Origin: Dehalococcoidia bacterium
GTDB lineage: Bacteria; Chloroflexota; Dehalococcoidia; Plut-88900
Direction of reading: 5' to 3'
DNA length: 64,000 bases
Assembly: GCA_965197585.1 (NCBI GenBank)
Contig: OZ240215.1
Span: 640,001 to 704,000 of the forward strand
How positions within the stretch are numbered: the first letter of the stretch is position 1; each line of letters begins with the position of its first letter. Made by a program: the position numbers and the translations under genes. Below, piece after piece: positions 28,762 to 39,149 of the stretch. A model generated the notes under the pieces. The model was not told where the DNA came from, ran no database searches, and saw only the letters and a program-made list of their open reading frames with translations.

Positions 28762-29376
28762 TCACCTGTTCGGGTTGCGTATTTTCAACTGCTCGATGTG
28801 TAGCCCCACCAGGTTGTTGGTTGACTCCCGTAGGAGTTCCAGCTCATCCATGCTTAGCTTGTCAAGGTCTTCCAAGTTCCGCTTGATCGTGGTTATCAAT
28901 TCAACTTCCGTGCGCTCCCGCCTACGCATGAAGAAGACTGTTACGCTGGCGATAATTGCTCCGTAAAAGATAATGGTACCGATGATCGACCATGCGCCCC
29001 CTACTACGCTTCCCCAGAAAGTGTCGGGTCTCCAGTTGTTGCCGTGGGTCTGCATCGTGAAGATTGCCCACCACAGTGCGTCCACGAATCCATCTACGTT
29101 GGCGTTGCTGTCTCTCTCCAGGAAGTAAATCAGCGTAGCCACCAAACCTGCTAGGAAAGCAACGACGGACAAGGAAAGTAGCAAGGGGGTCTCGGTGAAA
29201 ACCACCTTCCAAAAATTCAGCACCCCTGGCAGCCTAGGTCTTAGCCTAAGCGGATGATGAGATCGGACCTTTCGCCGAAGTACGTCGTCGCCCAGCTTGT
29301 CGGTGCCCAGGCGCTCGAACCGATCAGCCGTAAGGCGTTGTCGCTTCACTTGTCCCCCCTCCGCCGACAAACCCAA
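28762..29376 (-). CDS. Two-TM ion channel (KcsA-like, divergent filter)
   Basis: TM-pore helix-TM layout; DALWWAIFTMQTHG. Confidence 0.7.
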   Translation of the reverse strand: MGLSAEGGQVKRQRLTADRFERLGTDKLGDDVLRRKVRSHHPLRLRPRLPGVLNFWKVVFTETPLLLSLSVVAFLAGLVATLIYFLERDSNANVDGFVDALWWAIFTMQTHGNNWRPDTFWGSVVGGAWSIIGTIIFYGAIIASVTVFFMRRRERTEVELITTIKRNLEDLDKLSMDELELLRESTNNLVGLHIEQLKIRNPNR

Positions 29377-29482
29377 TTATAGGCTTGGCCTTTTTGGGCA
29401 CGCAAGGCGATTTGTGGATGCGGTGTTCCATACTTGACCCGGCCCCTACACGCACCGGCACGCTGGCAGCTAGACTATCTCT

Positions 29483-29776
29483 ATGGATGAGAAACCTGGA
29501 GAGAGTGCAAGGCTTACTGCCATTGTCAGGGGTCGGGTGCAGGGGGTGTTCTTCCGTTACTTTGTTCAAGAGGCGGCTAACAAGATGGGATTGACCGGAT
29601 ACGCATACAATCGGGGCGACGGCCGATCTGTGGAAGTCGTTGCTGAAGGGGAGAGACCTGATTTGGAAGTCCTTTTACGCCAACTTCACGTCGGGCCGCC
29701 GGACGCGATGGTGGAGACAGTGGAAGCCTCTTGGTCTCCTGCCGAGGGGACGTTTCACGGGTTCCGGGTGGGATAA
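29483..29776 (+). CDS. acyP: Acylphosphatase
   Basis: VRGRVQGVFFR, GYAYN..DG.SVEVVAEG, GP. Confidence 0.93.
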   Translation: MDEKPGESARLTAIVRGRVQGVFFRYFVQEAANKMGLTGYAYNRGDGRSVEVVAEGERPDLEVLLRQLHVGPPDAMVETVEASWSPAEGTFHGFRVG

Positions 29777-29788
29777 CGACGGGAGTAT

Positions 29789-31069
29789 TTACAACCCCCA
29801 GTCCAGCATCTGCACTTTGACCACGTCACCTTTGTCTACGGACGCCACATCCTCTGGCACTATGGCCAGGCCGTTGGCCAAGGACATCGAAGTCAGGATG
29901 CCGGAGCCCTGGGGGCCAGTGGTCCGGGCGTAGTATTGCCCGTCCCGCCGGGTGACTACTGCCCGAGCGAAAATCCGCCGTGCGTCAGTGTTTACGATTG
30001 AGTCTTCCATGACGGCGTCCACCGTAGGCTTGTCCAGGTCTTTCTTGCCCTGCATCTTCAGCAGCGCGGGTCTGCCGAACTGCTCGAACGCGATCATGGA
30101 GCTGACGGGGTTGCCTGGAAGGCCCAGGTGGGGAACCTGCCGCATCCGCCCCGAGGTGTCACGGGTCTTCAGCAAACCAAAGGCAAGGGGCCGGGCGGGT
30201 TTCATTTTCACCATCCAGAAGGCGATCTCGCCTTGCTGCGCCAGAACGTCCTTTACGATGTCGTAGTCGCCCTTGGACACCCCCGCCGAGGTAATCACCA
30301 TATCGGCGTCCACGCCCTCGGCTATCTTGGACTTCAGCGATTCCATGTTGTCCCGTGCAATTCCAAGCACCTTTGGAACGCCGCCATAGCGCAGCACCAG
30401 AGATGCCACGCTGTAGTTGTTGCTGTTGTATATCTTGCCCGGTACCAGGGGCTCGCCGACTTCCAGCAGCTCGTCTCCCGTGGCCAGGACGGAGACCACC
30501 GGCTTTCGATACACCTTTGCCGTGGGCTTGCCCAACGAGGCGAGAACCCCTATCTCTGCAGGCCTTAGGGTTGCGCCTGCCTTTACTATCACTGTGCCCG
30601 GCGCCACGTCCTCTCCTGCGCGCCTGATGTTGGAGCCGATGCTCCACGCCTTGCGTATATCGATTCGCTCTACACCTCCGTGCCCCGACGCTGACTTCTG
30701 GTCTTCCTCGTCGGTGTCCTCGAAAGGGACTATGGTGTCGGCGCCATCGGGCATGGCGGCGCCGGTCATGATCCTGATGGCAAGACCCTCGGAAACAGAT
30801 TTCTCGGCGATCTTGCCGGCGGGCAACTCCTCGATTACTTTCAGAGTGATGGGGGACTCGGGGGTTGCGCCGTGGATGTCATCCCAACGGACAGCGTAAC
30901 CATCCATGGCGGTGTTATCCCTTGGCGGGATGGAAAACTCGGAAACCGCGTCCTCAACCAACACCTGCCCCAGACAGTCCAATAGTGGCTTTTCCTCTAC
31001 CTCAAGCAGGTCGACGTAACCAAGAATCTTTTCGAGGGCTTCCTCCACCGTTAGCCAGCCCAAGACCAT
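29789..31069 (-). CDS. moeA: Molybdopterin molybdotransferase
   Basis: AMDGYAV, IMTGA, ATGDEL, GVSKGDYD, GLPGNPVS. Confidence 0.95.
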   Translation of the reverse strand: MVLGWLTVEEALEKILGYVDLLEVEEKPLLDCLGQVLVEDAVSEFSIPPRDNTAMDGYAVRWDDIHGATPESPITLKVIEELPAGKIAEKSVSEGLAIRIMTGAAMPDGADTIVPFEDTDEEDQKSASGHGGVERIDIRKAWSIGSNIRRAGEDVAPGTVIVKAGATLRPAEIGVLASLGKPTAKVYRKPVVSVLATGDELLEVGEPLVPGKIYNSNNYSVASLVLRYGGVPKVLGIARDNMESLKSKIAEGVDADMVITSAGVSKGDYDIVKDVLAQQGEIAFWMVKMKPARPLAFGLLKTRDTSGRMRQVPHLGLPGNPVSSMIAFEQFGRPALLKMQGKKDLDKPTVDAVMEDSIVNTDARRIFARAVVTRRDGQYYARTTGPQGSGILTSMSLANGLAIVPEDVASVDKGDVVKVQMLDWGL

Positions 31070-31191
31070 GCTCGTAGACCTCCATTTGTAATTGAGTGCA
31101 GCGATATAGTGCGGAACTTAAGACATGATATCACGAGGTTATGGCCGTACATGCTTTTATCCCGTTCACATAGAGGAGTGACATCATCCCC

Positions 31192-31220
31192 TTGACTTCA
31201 TAAGACACATGTTCTATTAT
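31192..31220 (+). promoter_or_regulatory. sigma70 promoter with degenerate LexA-type box (element copy 2)
   Basis: TTGACT-N17-TATTAT; AGAC-ACAT-GTTC at 31203-31214. Confidence 0.65.
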
Positions 31221-32040
31221 TGGGCCAGTCTAGACCCGACACCCACCTTAAGGAGGTACCAAAAACTAGGGAAGCCCACCCGGCCCCTGAGGACTCAACG
31301 TCTAAGCCCATCCCAACGGCCCTCGCGCAGGCCCGCGGCTCAAGCAAAAGTCGCCATCTCCTCATCCCATCGGGTCCCGTGCCCCTTCCCTGACTCCCAG
31401 GCGATGGAAGAAGCCCTGGCTTTTTACTCCCACCCCTCTCCTGCCATCCCCCTCTCCGTCATTCCGGCCCTCGAGCCGGAATCCAGGGGCGGGGTGCACG
31501 GAGAGATTACAACAAGGGTGAAAGGAGATGTACTCGCGGACCGTTTGACCCCCATAGAGAACCGTCTCGAAGTTCGGACCGCATTGCAAGAGTTAGCGCG
31601 CTACGGCGAGGGGGTGCCGGAGGATTTGCTCCATATCACTCCGGCAAACTAGGACATCATCAGTTAGGCTGTGGGGCCACAGCTGGATCACTGGCCCCGT
31701 CGTGCCCATAGCGGCATACAGCCCCGAAGGAGCCTCTGACGGACATCCTGCCCTGGATCGGTCCGTGAATATAATCGAGCAAAGGGCACGGCCGGCTGCA
31801 AGTCCCTCCCTCTCAGGCGGGGCCTGCTCTCCAGGTCCCCCGACAGCCGGAACACCCGCAAAGAGAGAATGCAAAGCCACTTAGAGGGCAAAAGGGCATC
31901 TTCCATCGCCAACCCAAAACCTAACAGACAGAACTGAAACCGAAACCCCACAATCGAAGATGGAACATCCGCCTTGGGTGGATCCGCCTCTGGAGAACTG
32001 AAGAAAAGGCCGGTGTGTCACTAATCTACCGAACGAGTAC
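31221..32040 (+). ncRNA. Candidate structured ncRNA, repeated element copy 2
   Basis: Ends homologous to copy 1; arms 31400-31417 and 31893-31910 are complementary. Confidence 0.5.
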
Positions 32041-32130
32041 ATGCTTTTGACACCCCCCCAGCCATTAAATATAATCGCGCAGCGGCCACTATCCTGATAG
32101 CCGCTTTCTATTTCCACACAGGAGTAGCCA

Positions 32131-33789
32131 TTGCCTCGATATGACGTAGTAGTAGTTGGCGGAGGCTTCGCTGGAATGAGCGCCGCCCTGTCGGCCCGAG
32201 AGCAGGGAGCCAGCGTCTGCATACTTTCCAAGCAGCACCCGCTCCGCAGCCACTCATCGGGGGCTCAAAGCGGCATAAACGCGGGCCTCAGGGGTGACAA
32301 TGCGTGGGAGTCTCATGGTCTCGACACCGTGAAGGCGGGAGCATATCTCTCCGACCAGGACGTGGTTGAAGCCATTTGCCAGGAGGCTTCCGCCCGAGTC
32401 ATAGGACTCGAGCACATGGGCGTCCCATTTGACCGTAACGCCGAGGGCCGTATCCACCAGACCCGCTTTCCCGCCTCCTCCGAGCCTCGCACCTGCTACT
32501 GTGCCGACGCCACGGGTCACAACATTCTGAATTCCCTGTTCGAACAGGTTCTCAGGATGCAGATACCGGTCTATCATGAATGGTCCGCCGTATCCTTGAT
32601 TACGATGGATGAAGGCTCCTGCCAGGGTGTGTTCGCCCGCAACTTGAAGGACGGCACTTTGGCTGCCTACTCCTCGGGGGCAGTGGTCCTGGCAACCGGA
32701 GGGATGGGCCGAATGTACCGCAACAGCACGGCGTCGACGGCTTCTACTGCCGACGGCCCTGCTATGGCTTATCGGGCAGGCGCCCCCCTGCGGGACATGG
32801 AGATGGTCCAGTTCGCTCCAACGGCCCTGGCGCCCAACGGCCTCCTGATCACAGCGGCAGCGAGAGGCGAAGGGGCTATTCTGGTCCGCTCCGACAACGG
32901 ACCAATCGCATCCGGCGACGCGGGCGCTGCCATTGCGCAATCTTCCAATGATGTAGTCACCCGAGCCGTGGCTGATGAAATTGCCAGTGCGGCCATCTTC
33001 CTTGACTTCCGCAGCCTTGACTCTGATCGGCTGGCCCAACGGCTTCCCGAGACCCGCCTCCTCGTCAAAGACCTAACCGGCATTGACATAACCAAGGACC
33101 CGGTACCAGTTCAGCCGGCCATGCATCGCCCCATCGGGGGCATCAAGATAGATGCATCCGGGGCTTCCCCGGTTACCGGACTTTTCGCCGCGGGTGAGTG
33201 TGCAAACTCAGGGCTGAACGGCGCCAACCGGCTTGGAGGCAACTCTTTGCTGGAGAGCGTGGCTGTCGGACGGCGCGCAGGAGCGTCAGCGGCGGGATTC
33301 ACAGGAACCGCAGGCCCCGCCCCCGACCTTTCTGTCCAGCAGGCAGACGAGGAGAGGAAAATAGCGGGAATATCGGCCAGGGAAAAGGGAGTCGAGTCTG
33401 CCGGTGTGATAAGACGGGAACTAGCCTCTCTGATGCAGGACAACGTGGGCATATACCGGGACGCCTCCGGCCTCAATGCAGCTGTAGAAAAGCTCTCAGA
33501 ATTGCGCGAGCGGTGTGACGCTGTCGGAATCCAGGGCCCTGCAACAGGTTACAACACGGAGGTTGCTTCGATAATCGAGTTGGGCAACATGCTGGACATA
33601 GCCCAGGTTACCGTAACATCCGCCCTGGCCCGGGAGGAGAGCCGCGGTTCTCACTCCCGCCTGGACTTCCCCAATAGAGACGATGAAAACTGGCTCAAAC
33701 ACACCGTGGCCCGGTCCTCGGGTGACGGGCCTCAATTGGAATATGAACCCGTGACGGTAACTCGCTGGAAACCGGAAGGGAGCAGCTAG
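32131..33789 (+). CDS. SdhA/FrdA-like flavoprotein (catalytic residues substituted)
   Basis: RSHSSGAQSG FAD-His motif, LATGG, GANRLGGNSL, REESRGSH. Confidence 0.85.
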   Translation: MPRYDVVVVGGGFAGMSAALSAREQGASVCILSKQHPLRSHSSGAQSGINAGLRGDNAWESHGLDTVKAGAYLSDQDVVEAICQEASARVIGLEHMGVPFDRNAEGRIHQTRFPASSEPRTCYCADATGHNILNSLFEQVLRMQIPVYHEWSAVSLITMDEGSCQGVFARNLKDGTLAAYSSGAVVLATGGMGRMYRNSTASTASTADGPAMAYRAGAPLRDMEMVQFAPTALAPNGLLITAAARGEGAILVRSDNGPIASGDAGAAIAQSSNDVVTRAVADEIASAAIFLDFRSLDSDRLAQRLPETRLLVKDLTGIDITKDPVPVQPAMHRPIGGIKIDASGASPVTGLFAAGECANSGLNGANRLGGNSLLESVAVGRRAGASAAGFTGTAGPAPDLSVQQADEERKIAGISAREKGVESAGVIRRELASLMQDNVGIYRDASGLNAAVEKLSELRERCDAVGIQGPATGYNTEVASIIELGNMLDIAQVTVTSALAREESRGSHSRLDFPNRDDENWLKHTVARSSGDGPQLEYEPVTVTRWKPEGSS

Positions 33790-34746
33790 ATGCAGGTTAA
33801 TCTGAAGGTACGCCGCTACGATCCCGTGTCCAATGGCAATGGCAGCCACCAGACTTACTCCGTAGAGGTGGACGAGCAAAGCTCGGTATTGGACGCCTTA
33901 ATCCAGGTCCGTGATGAACAGGACGCCACCCTATCTTTCCGAGGCTCCTGCCGCACGGGTTTCTGTGGCGACTGTACGATGGGTGTCAACGGCAAGGCCA
34001 AGTGGGCCTGCCGGATGCCGGTGGCGAAGGCCCAGGTCAAAGGCGAGATAACCCTGGCCCCGCCTAGGTTGGTCAAGGAGGTTAAGGACCTGATCTATGA
34101 CCAGGACCAGTTCCTGCTAGACAAGTACGCAGCCGTAAAACCCTGGATCGAAACATCACCGCCCAGCCCGACGGAAGAGCACATCGTCTCCCAGAAGAAA
34201 ACCAGGGAACTACAGGAAGCTTCCAGCTGCACCCTCTGCGGCATGTGCGACGAAGGCTGCACGGTACTGGTCATAGACAAGACGTTCCTGGGACCGGCGG
34301 CCCTCACCAAGGCCTTTAAATCGGTTGCCGACCCTCGGGACCGGGTGACTGTAAGGCGGCTCAACGAGCTTAGCCAGAAAGGTGGGATGTGGGACTGCGT
34401 CCACTGTTTCGAGGCGACGGAGCATTGCCCAAAGGGGATCGATCCAACGGACAGGATACTATCGCTGAGAGATGAGGCAATTAAGCGGGGCATCGGCACA
34501 CCGCGGGTGGTGCGCCACAACGACAGCTTCGCCAAGTCTATAAAATCCAGTGGTTGGCTGGACGAAGCCCGGCTCGCCATCGAGAGCGAGGGTTTAACCA
34601 ACATAGGCGGCCTAATGCACCTGGTGCCAACGGCTGTAAAGGCTATGGCACACCGCAAAGCGCCCCTGCCATACCTCCATAAGAAACGGCCCGGGGCCAA
34701 GCGGATCAAGCGTATATTTGAAAAATGGGAGGGAGACGGCAAATGA
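33790..34746 (+). CDS. SdhB/FrdB-like iron-sulfur subunit
   Basis: [33 protein letters not shown]. Confidence 0.88.
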   Translation: MQVNLKVRRYDPVSNGNGSHQTYSVEVDEQSSVLDALIQVRDEQDATLSFRGSCRTGFCGDCTMGVNGKAKWACRMPVAKAQVKGEITLAPPRLVKEVKDLIYDQDQFLLDKYAAVKPWIETSPPSPTEEHIVSQKKTRELQEASSCTLCGMCDEGCTVLVIDKTFLGPAALTKAFKSVADPRDRVTVRRLNELSQKGGMWDCVHCFEATEHCPKGIDPTDRILSLRDEAIKRGIGTPRVVRHNDSFAKSIKSSGWLDEARLAIESEGLTNIGGLMHLVPTAVKAMAHRKAPLPYLHKKRPGAKRIKRIFEKWEGDGK

Positions 34747-35627
34747 GATATGCATTCTATCCGGGTTGCGTCGCCAAAGGCGGATGCCCCGAGCTCTACC
34801 CCGCCGCCGTAAAGGTTGCCGACAGGCTCGGCATTGAGCTGGTGGAGATGGAAGATGTCGGTTGTACCGGCGCGGGCGTCCTCAGTCGGGAAGTATCCGA
34901 CCCGATCAATGCCCGGACGCTCGCCAAGGCCGAGGCTATGGGCCTCCCCATTATGACCATCTGCAGCACTTGCCAAGGGTGCCTTATGCAGGCAAACCAC
35001 CGACTTACCACCGACCCTGAATACCGAGCCAGGATCAACCACGAATACCTGGACGAAGAAGGTCTGGAATACAAGGGGACCACGGACGTGAAGCACTTCT
35101 TGTGGGTGCTGGAGGAGGACTTTGGGCTGGACAAGCTGAAAGAGATGGTGGTGAATCCGCTGGAGGAACTTAAGGTAGCGCCCTTCTACGGATGCTACCT
35201 CCGCCGTCCTCCTGAAGTCGTTGTGCCGAAGGGCAAGGAGAGCAGGAAAACTGCCCTGGAGGGCACTATTACAGCTCTAGGTGGGCAAGTGGTCGCGACG
35301 AAGGGCAAGGGCAAGTGCTGCGGTTTCCCCATCTTATACCCGAACGAAGAAAACTCGCTGGAGATGTGCGGCAACCACACGATAGAGGCGAAGGACAAGG
35401 GAGCGGATGCCATGGTCACCCCCTGCCCCCTCTGCCACTTGGAATTGGACGGGACGCAGAGTCGTGCGGAAGCCCATAAAGGCAGGAAGATCAACCTGCC
35501 AGTGCTGCATCTGCCCCAGCTTGTGGGTCTGGCCTTGGGCTTTACCCCCAAGGAGATGGAGATGCAGAGGCACCTTGTTTCCACCTCTCCAGTGGAGGCC
35601 AAGGCCAAGAAGAAGGCCAAAGTGTAA
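34743..35627 (+). CDS. HdrB-like CCG-domain subunit (type E Sdh anchor)
   Basis: FYPGC, CSTC, FYGC, CCG, TPCPLC. Confidence 0.88.
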   Translation: MRYAFYPGCVAKGGCPELYPAAVKVADRLGIELVEMEDVGCTGAGVLSREVSDPINARTLAKAEAMGLPIMTICSTCQGCLMQANHRLTTDPEYRARINHEYLDEEGLEYKGTTDVKHFLWVLEEDFGLDKLKEMVVNPLEELKVAPFYGCYLRRPPEVVVPKGKESRKTALEGTITALGGQVVATKGKGKCCGFPILYPNEENSLEMCGNHTIEAKDKGADAMVTPCPLCHLELDGTQSRAEAHKGRKINLPVLHLPQLVGLALGFTPKEMEMQRHLVSTSPVEAKAKKKAKV

Positions 35628-35660
35628 CCCTCGGTCTTGTTGCTTCTAGCTGAGCCACAA

Positions 35661-35696
35661 AAGGGGTCGGCCCCGCCATCGGCGGGCCGACCCCTT
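35661..35696. terminator. GC-rich hairpin after the Sdh-like operon
   Basis: AAGGGGTCGGCCC...GGGCCGACCCCTT, 13-bp stem. Confidence 0.65.
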
Positions 35697-35777
35697 CGCT
35701 TGTCCCTGTTGACGGGCCAATGCTACAATCGCGCACCGGTTACCCGATAGCTCAACACCACAGGAGACACAGGAAAC

Positions 35778-37835
35778 ATGGTTCCACCAGGCGAAATCTT
35801 TGGCGTGATTCCCATCTGGATTGGCGTGTTCGCGTTCGCCGTCCTTGGATTCGGATTTGCCGGTTATGTGGTCTATTCCCGGGTATTCCGTCTGATCATG
35901 CTTGGCAAGAGCGAGAACCGCTTCGATCAACCTTTGAAGCGGAGTTTCAATGCCTTGGTGGTCGTATTGGCTCAAAGGAAGGTGCTTCAACGGGTGTCCC
36001 TGAAAGACAAGGCGGGGTTGGGGCACGTGTTCGTCTTCTGGGGATTCCTATGCTTCGCCCTTAGCTATGTTCTATTCGTATTCCTGGATTCGATTAACCC
36101 GAGTATTTCCGAGACCATCCTCACTGACACCGGCGTTAAAGTCTACGTCTTCGTACTGGATGCCCTAGGACTTGCCATCCTCACTTCCCTTACCTGGGCG
36201 CTTGTCCGGAGATGGCTGGCCAAGCCTCGGCGCCTGAGCTTCGACCTAACCCGCAGCTCCGATGCCGTAATCATCGTAGGCGCGATTGCCGGCCTGATGA
36301 TATTCACCTTCCTGGTGGAAGGTTTCTACAACGCGATGGCCAGTCAGGGCGTATTAGCCGAGCCCAGTCCTCACGTAGCCTCTCCGGTCGGGACGGCTCT
36401 GGGGAAACTCTTTGATGGAGCGAGCTTCGAAGTTGTAAACACGCTTCACGGCGTCTTCTGGTGGGCTCACGTAGCTCTCATCATTGGATTCAGCATGTAC
36501 ATCCCCTTCTCCAAGCACATGCACATGATTGGGGCTCCCATTAATGCCTTTCTTCACGACATCAACCCCAGAGGCACCCTCCACCCCATTAAGGACATGG
36601 AGACAGCCGAGAGCTTTGGGGCAAACTTTGTCCAGGAGTTCACCTGGAAAGAGCTGTTGGACGGCTACGCCTGCGCCGTATGCGGCCGCTGCTCCGACGC
36701 CTGCCCGGCAAATCTTACCGGTAAAGTGCTGTCACCCATGCACGTCATTGAAGGAATCAAGGACCACCTCCTGGATGTCGGGCCCATGCTGGCCAAAGGC
36801 GGCGATGGCAACGGTAACGGCGCGGCGCTCCCAGTCATTGGCAACATCGTCAGCGAGGAGGCCATCTGGGACTGCGTCACCTGTGGCGCCTGCGAGCAGG
36901 AATGTCCCGTCGCGATCGAGCACATTGACAGCATAGTAGATATGCGCCGACACCTCGTTCTGGAAGAGAGCAAGATGCCGGAGAGCGGCCAAAACGCTCT
37001 TCGCAGCATGGAGACGCGAGGTCATCCGTGGGCGGGCACAAAGTTTAGCCGTACAGACTGGACCGAGGGTGTCGACGTTAAGCTGATCGCCGATAACCCC
37101 CACCCCGACGTGCTGTTCTGGGTCGGGTGCACACCTGCACTGGAAGAGAGGAGCCAGGGGATAGCGAAGTCTTTGGCCTCAGTGCTGAACACTGCGGGGG
37201 TCAACTTCTCGATTCTCGGCGATGAGGAGACCTGTAACGGAGACCCGGCTCGCCGGATGGGCAACGAGTACTTGTTCCAGCTCTTGGCCGAGCAGAACAT
37301 CGAGACTCTCAAGAAGCACGGCATTAACCGCATCGTCACCGCCTGCCCCCACTGCTTCAACACGATGAAGAACGAGTACCCCCAGTTCGGCGGCAACTTC
37401 GAGGTCATGCACCACAACCAGTTCATTGACGAGCTCATGGATCAGGGCAAGATTAAGCCGAAGAAGCCCATAGACAAGAAAGTTGCCTACCACGACTCTT
37501 GTTACCTGGGTCGGCATAACGGCGTCTACGAAGAGCCGCGGAATATGATGAAGAAAATCCCAGGCATCAAGACCCTGGAGATGGCCCGGAACAGGAGCCG
37601 AGGCTTCTGCTGCGGCGCGGGCGGCGGTCACATGTGGATAGAAGAGTCATCAAAGGGGAAGAGGATCAACCATGTTCGAACCGAGCACGCCCTGGAAACG
37701 GGGGCCGAGGTGGTCGGGACGTCGTGCCCGTTCTGTCTGCAGATGTTTGAAGACGGGATCAGGGTGAAGGAGCAGGAGGGGAAGATCGTGGCCAAGGACC
37801 TGGTGGAGATTCTGGCGGAGTCGTTGGAGGAGTAG
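35778..37835 (+). CDS. Membrane-bound Fe-S oxidoreductase (FadF/GlpC/HdrD-like)
   Basis: TM N-half with SKHMH, two CxxCxxCxxxCP motifs, two CCG domains. Confidence 0.9.
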   Translation: MVPPGEIFGVIPIWIGVFAFAVLGFGFAGYVVYSRVFRLIMLGKSENRFDQPLKRSFNALVVVLAQRKVLQRVSLKDKAGLGHVFVFWGFLCFALSYVLFVFLDSINPSISETILTDTGVKVYVFVLDALGLAILTSLTWALVRRWLAKPRRLSFDLTRSSDAVIIVGAIAGLMIFTFLVEGFYNAMASQGVLAEPSPHVASPVGTALGKLFDGASFEVVNTLHGVFWWAHVALIIGFSMYIPFSKHMHMIGAPINAFLHDINPRGTLHPIKDMETAESFGANFVQEFTWKELLDGYACAVCGRCSDACPANLTGKVLSPMHVIEGIKDHLLDVGPMLAKGGDGNGNGAALPVIGNIVSEEAIWDCVTCGACEQECPVAIEHIDSIVDMRRHLVLEESKMPESGQNALRSMETRGHPWAGTKFSRTDWTEGVDVKLIADNPHPDVLFWVGCTPALEERSQGIAKSLASVLNTAGVNFSILGDEETCNGDPARRMGNEYLFQLLAEQNIETLKKHGINRIVTACPHCFNTMKNEYPQFGGNFEVMHHNQFIDELMDQGKIKPKKPIDKKVAYHDSCYLGRHNGVYEEPRNMMKKIPGIKTLEMARNRSRGFCCGAGGGHMWIEESSKGKRINHVRTEHALETGAEVVGTSCPFCLQMFEDGIRVKEQEGKIVAKDLVEILAESLEE

Positions 37836-37844
37836 GGGGGCGAG

Positions 37845-37972
37845 ATGCTTGCCAGGGACAACTTGCACGCGGCACGGGACTTCCTGTAAGCGACATATCG
37901 GGAGTTCGAGGCCGGGGAAATTCCTCGGACATCAGAGAAGATGTGGGGCTCAAGCAAACCACCGTTGTCTGA
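37845..37972 (+). pseudogene. PaREP1/HEPN-like fragment
   Basis: MLARDNLHAARDFL*ATYREFEAGEIPRTSEKMWG resembles the A..FL..A..E...GD..Q.SEKLWGA pattern; TAA at 37887. Confidence 0.55.
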
Positions 37973-38207
37973 TGATCGAAGACTTGGATCAATGAGATCT
38001 CCATATAAGTCGAAGAGCACCCCCCTGTCCCGAAGACACTGTAAGGGCAAATGCCAGACCGAGTGTTTGGGGAAGCCCTAACGGAATCCTTGGGCCATTA
38101 ATCCTAAACTTTTCTACTCGACTTCAGCTTCGTTTAAACAAACGGGAGCAATTCCTCCGTATATTAAGCTCCCACACTGATTACAAGCTCATCCGCTTTT
38201 CTGATGC

Positions 38208-38240
38208 GAATACTATGGGCTGTAGACCTTTGGTATTCAC
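38208..38240 (+). promoter_or_regulatory. Putative C-box operator
   Basis: GAATACTATGGG-N7-CCTTTGGTATTC imperfect inverted repeat just upstream of the HTH gene. Confidence 0.55.
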
Positions 38241-38257
38241 GATAACACAATTCAATC

Positions 38258-38485
38258 GTGGAAAGCGTAAACGAGGCACTCGGTCGAACGATTAGCGGGC
38301 TCCGAGAATGCCTAGGCTTATCTCAAGAGGATCTTGCTGACCGGGCGGGCATTCATCGGACCTACGTCAGCCAACTGGAGCGAGGGATTAAGTCTCCTAC
38401 GCTCGTTGTTCTGATTAAGATCGCGAAGGCTCTTAACACAAGACTGAGCTCGCTAGTTCAGGCCTTTGAGGAGGAGCTTGGCTAG
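38258..38485 (+). CDS. XRE HTH controller (C) protein
   Basis: LSQEDLADRAGIHRTYVSQLERGIKSPT; overlaps the nuclease start. Confidence 0.88.
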   Translation: MESVNEALGRTISGLRECLGLSQEDLADRAGIHRTYVSQLERGIKSPTLVVLIKIAKALNTRLSSLVQAFEEELG

Positions 38486-39149
38486 ATACAGAGTACGCGA
38501 CGATTTCAGAATCGACGTGGGGTTCGTAGTATCTGCAAAACAAATACTGGATGCCGTAAGCCTCACCAACTCAAACCTGATCAATCTACCTCTTGGACTT
38601 TATCAAAGCTTAGATTATAAGACTACTAGTGCTATAGTCGGTTCCATATTTTGCGACTCAGTCGCGAGAAATACTCTGGGCATCACAAATCCAATCGAGA
38701 AGGGGCACCCAGATGTTATCCCGGCTGCAGGCGCTTCAGCATCTGAAGAGCAACTTAGAAACTATCCCAAAGGCCTTGAGGTCAAATGCACGATCGGCAA
38801 TATAGAGCAAGGGGCTAACCTTAGAGCGGGGGAGCGGCGCGTAGAAAGGCTTACTGGAATATCATGGCAGGCTCACCATCGAGAAGTTGAAGAATTGATG
38901 GGCCTTGTCTGGGACTTCGTTCAAGCCAAGGCCGGTTTCAAATATCCAGGTATTACTGCGGTCTTCTATGCAGATACTTTAACCAGTGACGACTGGGGGC
39001 GGATCAGTGGGGTGACGGGCAGAAATACTAAGGTCACAGGAATGAGAACCAGTGGTAAGCGGAAAATGGCAACCGGCTGGGTACTGCTCACCGACGACCC
39101 GGCATACCTATCCGCCTATTCTCGCGTGTTAGGATTGGCCTTCGAGTGA
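38478..39149 (+). CDS. Putative type II restriction endonuclease
   Basis: GHPD...LEVK PD-(D/E)xK motif; lies between the C protein and the methyltransferase. Confidence 0.7.
   Translation: MARYRVRDDFRIDVGFVVSAKQILDAVSLTNSNLINLPLGLYQSLDYKTTSAIVGSIFCDSVARNTLGITNPIEKGHPDVIPAAGASASEEQLRNYPKGLEVKCTIGNIEQGANLRAGERRVERLTGISWQAHHREVEELMGLVWDFVQAKAGFKYPGITAVFYADTLTSDDWGRISGVTGRNTKVTGMRTSGKRKMATGWVLLTDDPAYLSAYSRVLGLAFE

Noticed and set aside
31209-31652. 147-aa ORF in copy 2 and 63-aa ORF at 20673 in copy 1
   Set aside because: Their ATGs lie inside the promoter/LexA box, and homologous DNA is read in different frames.
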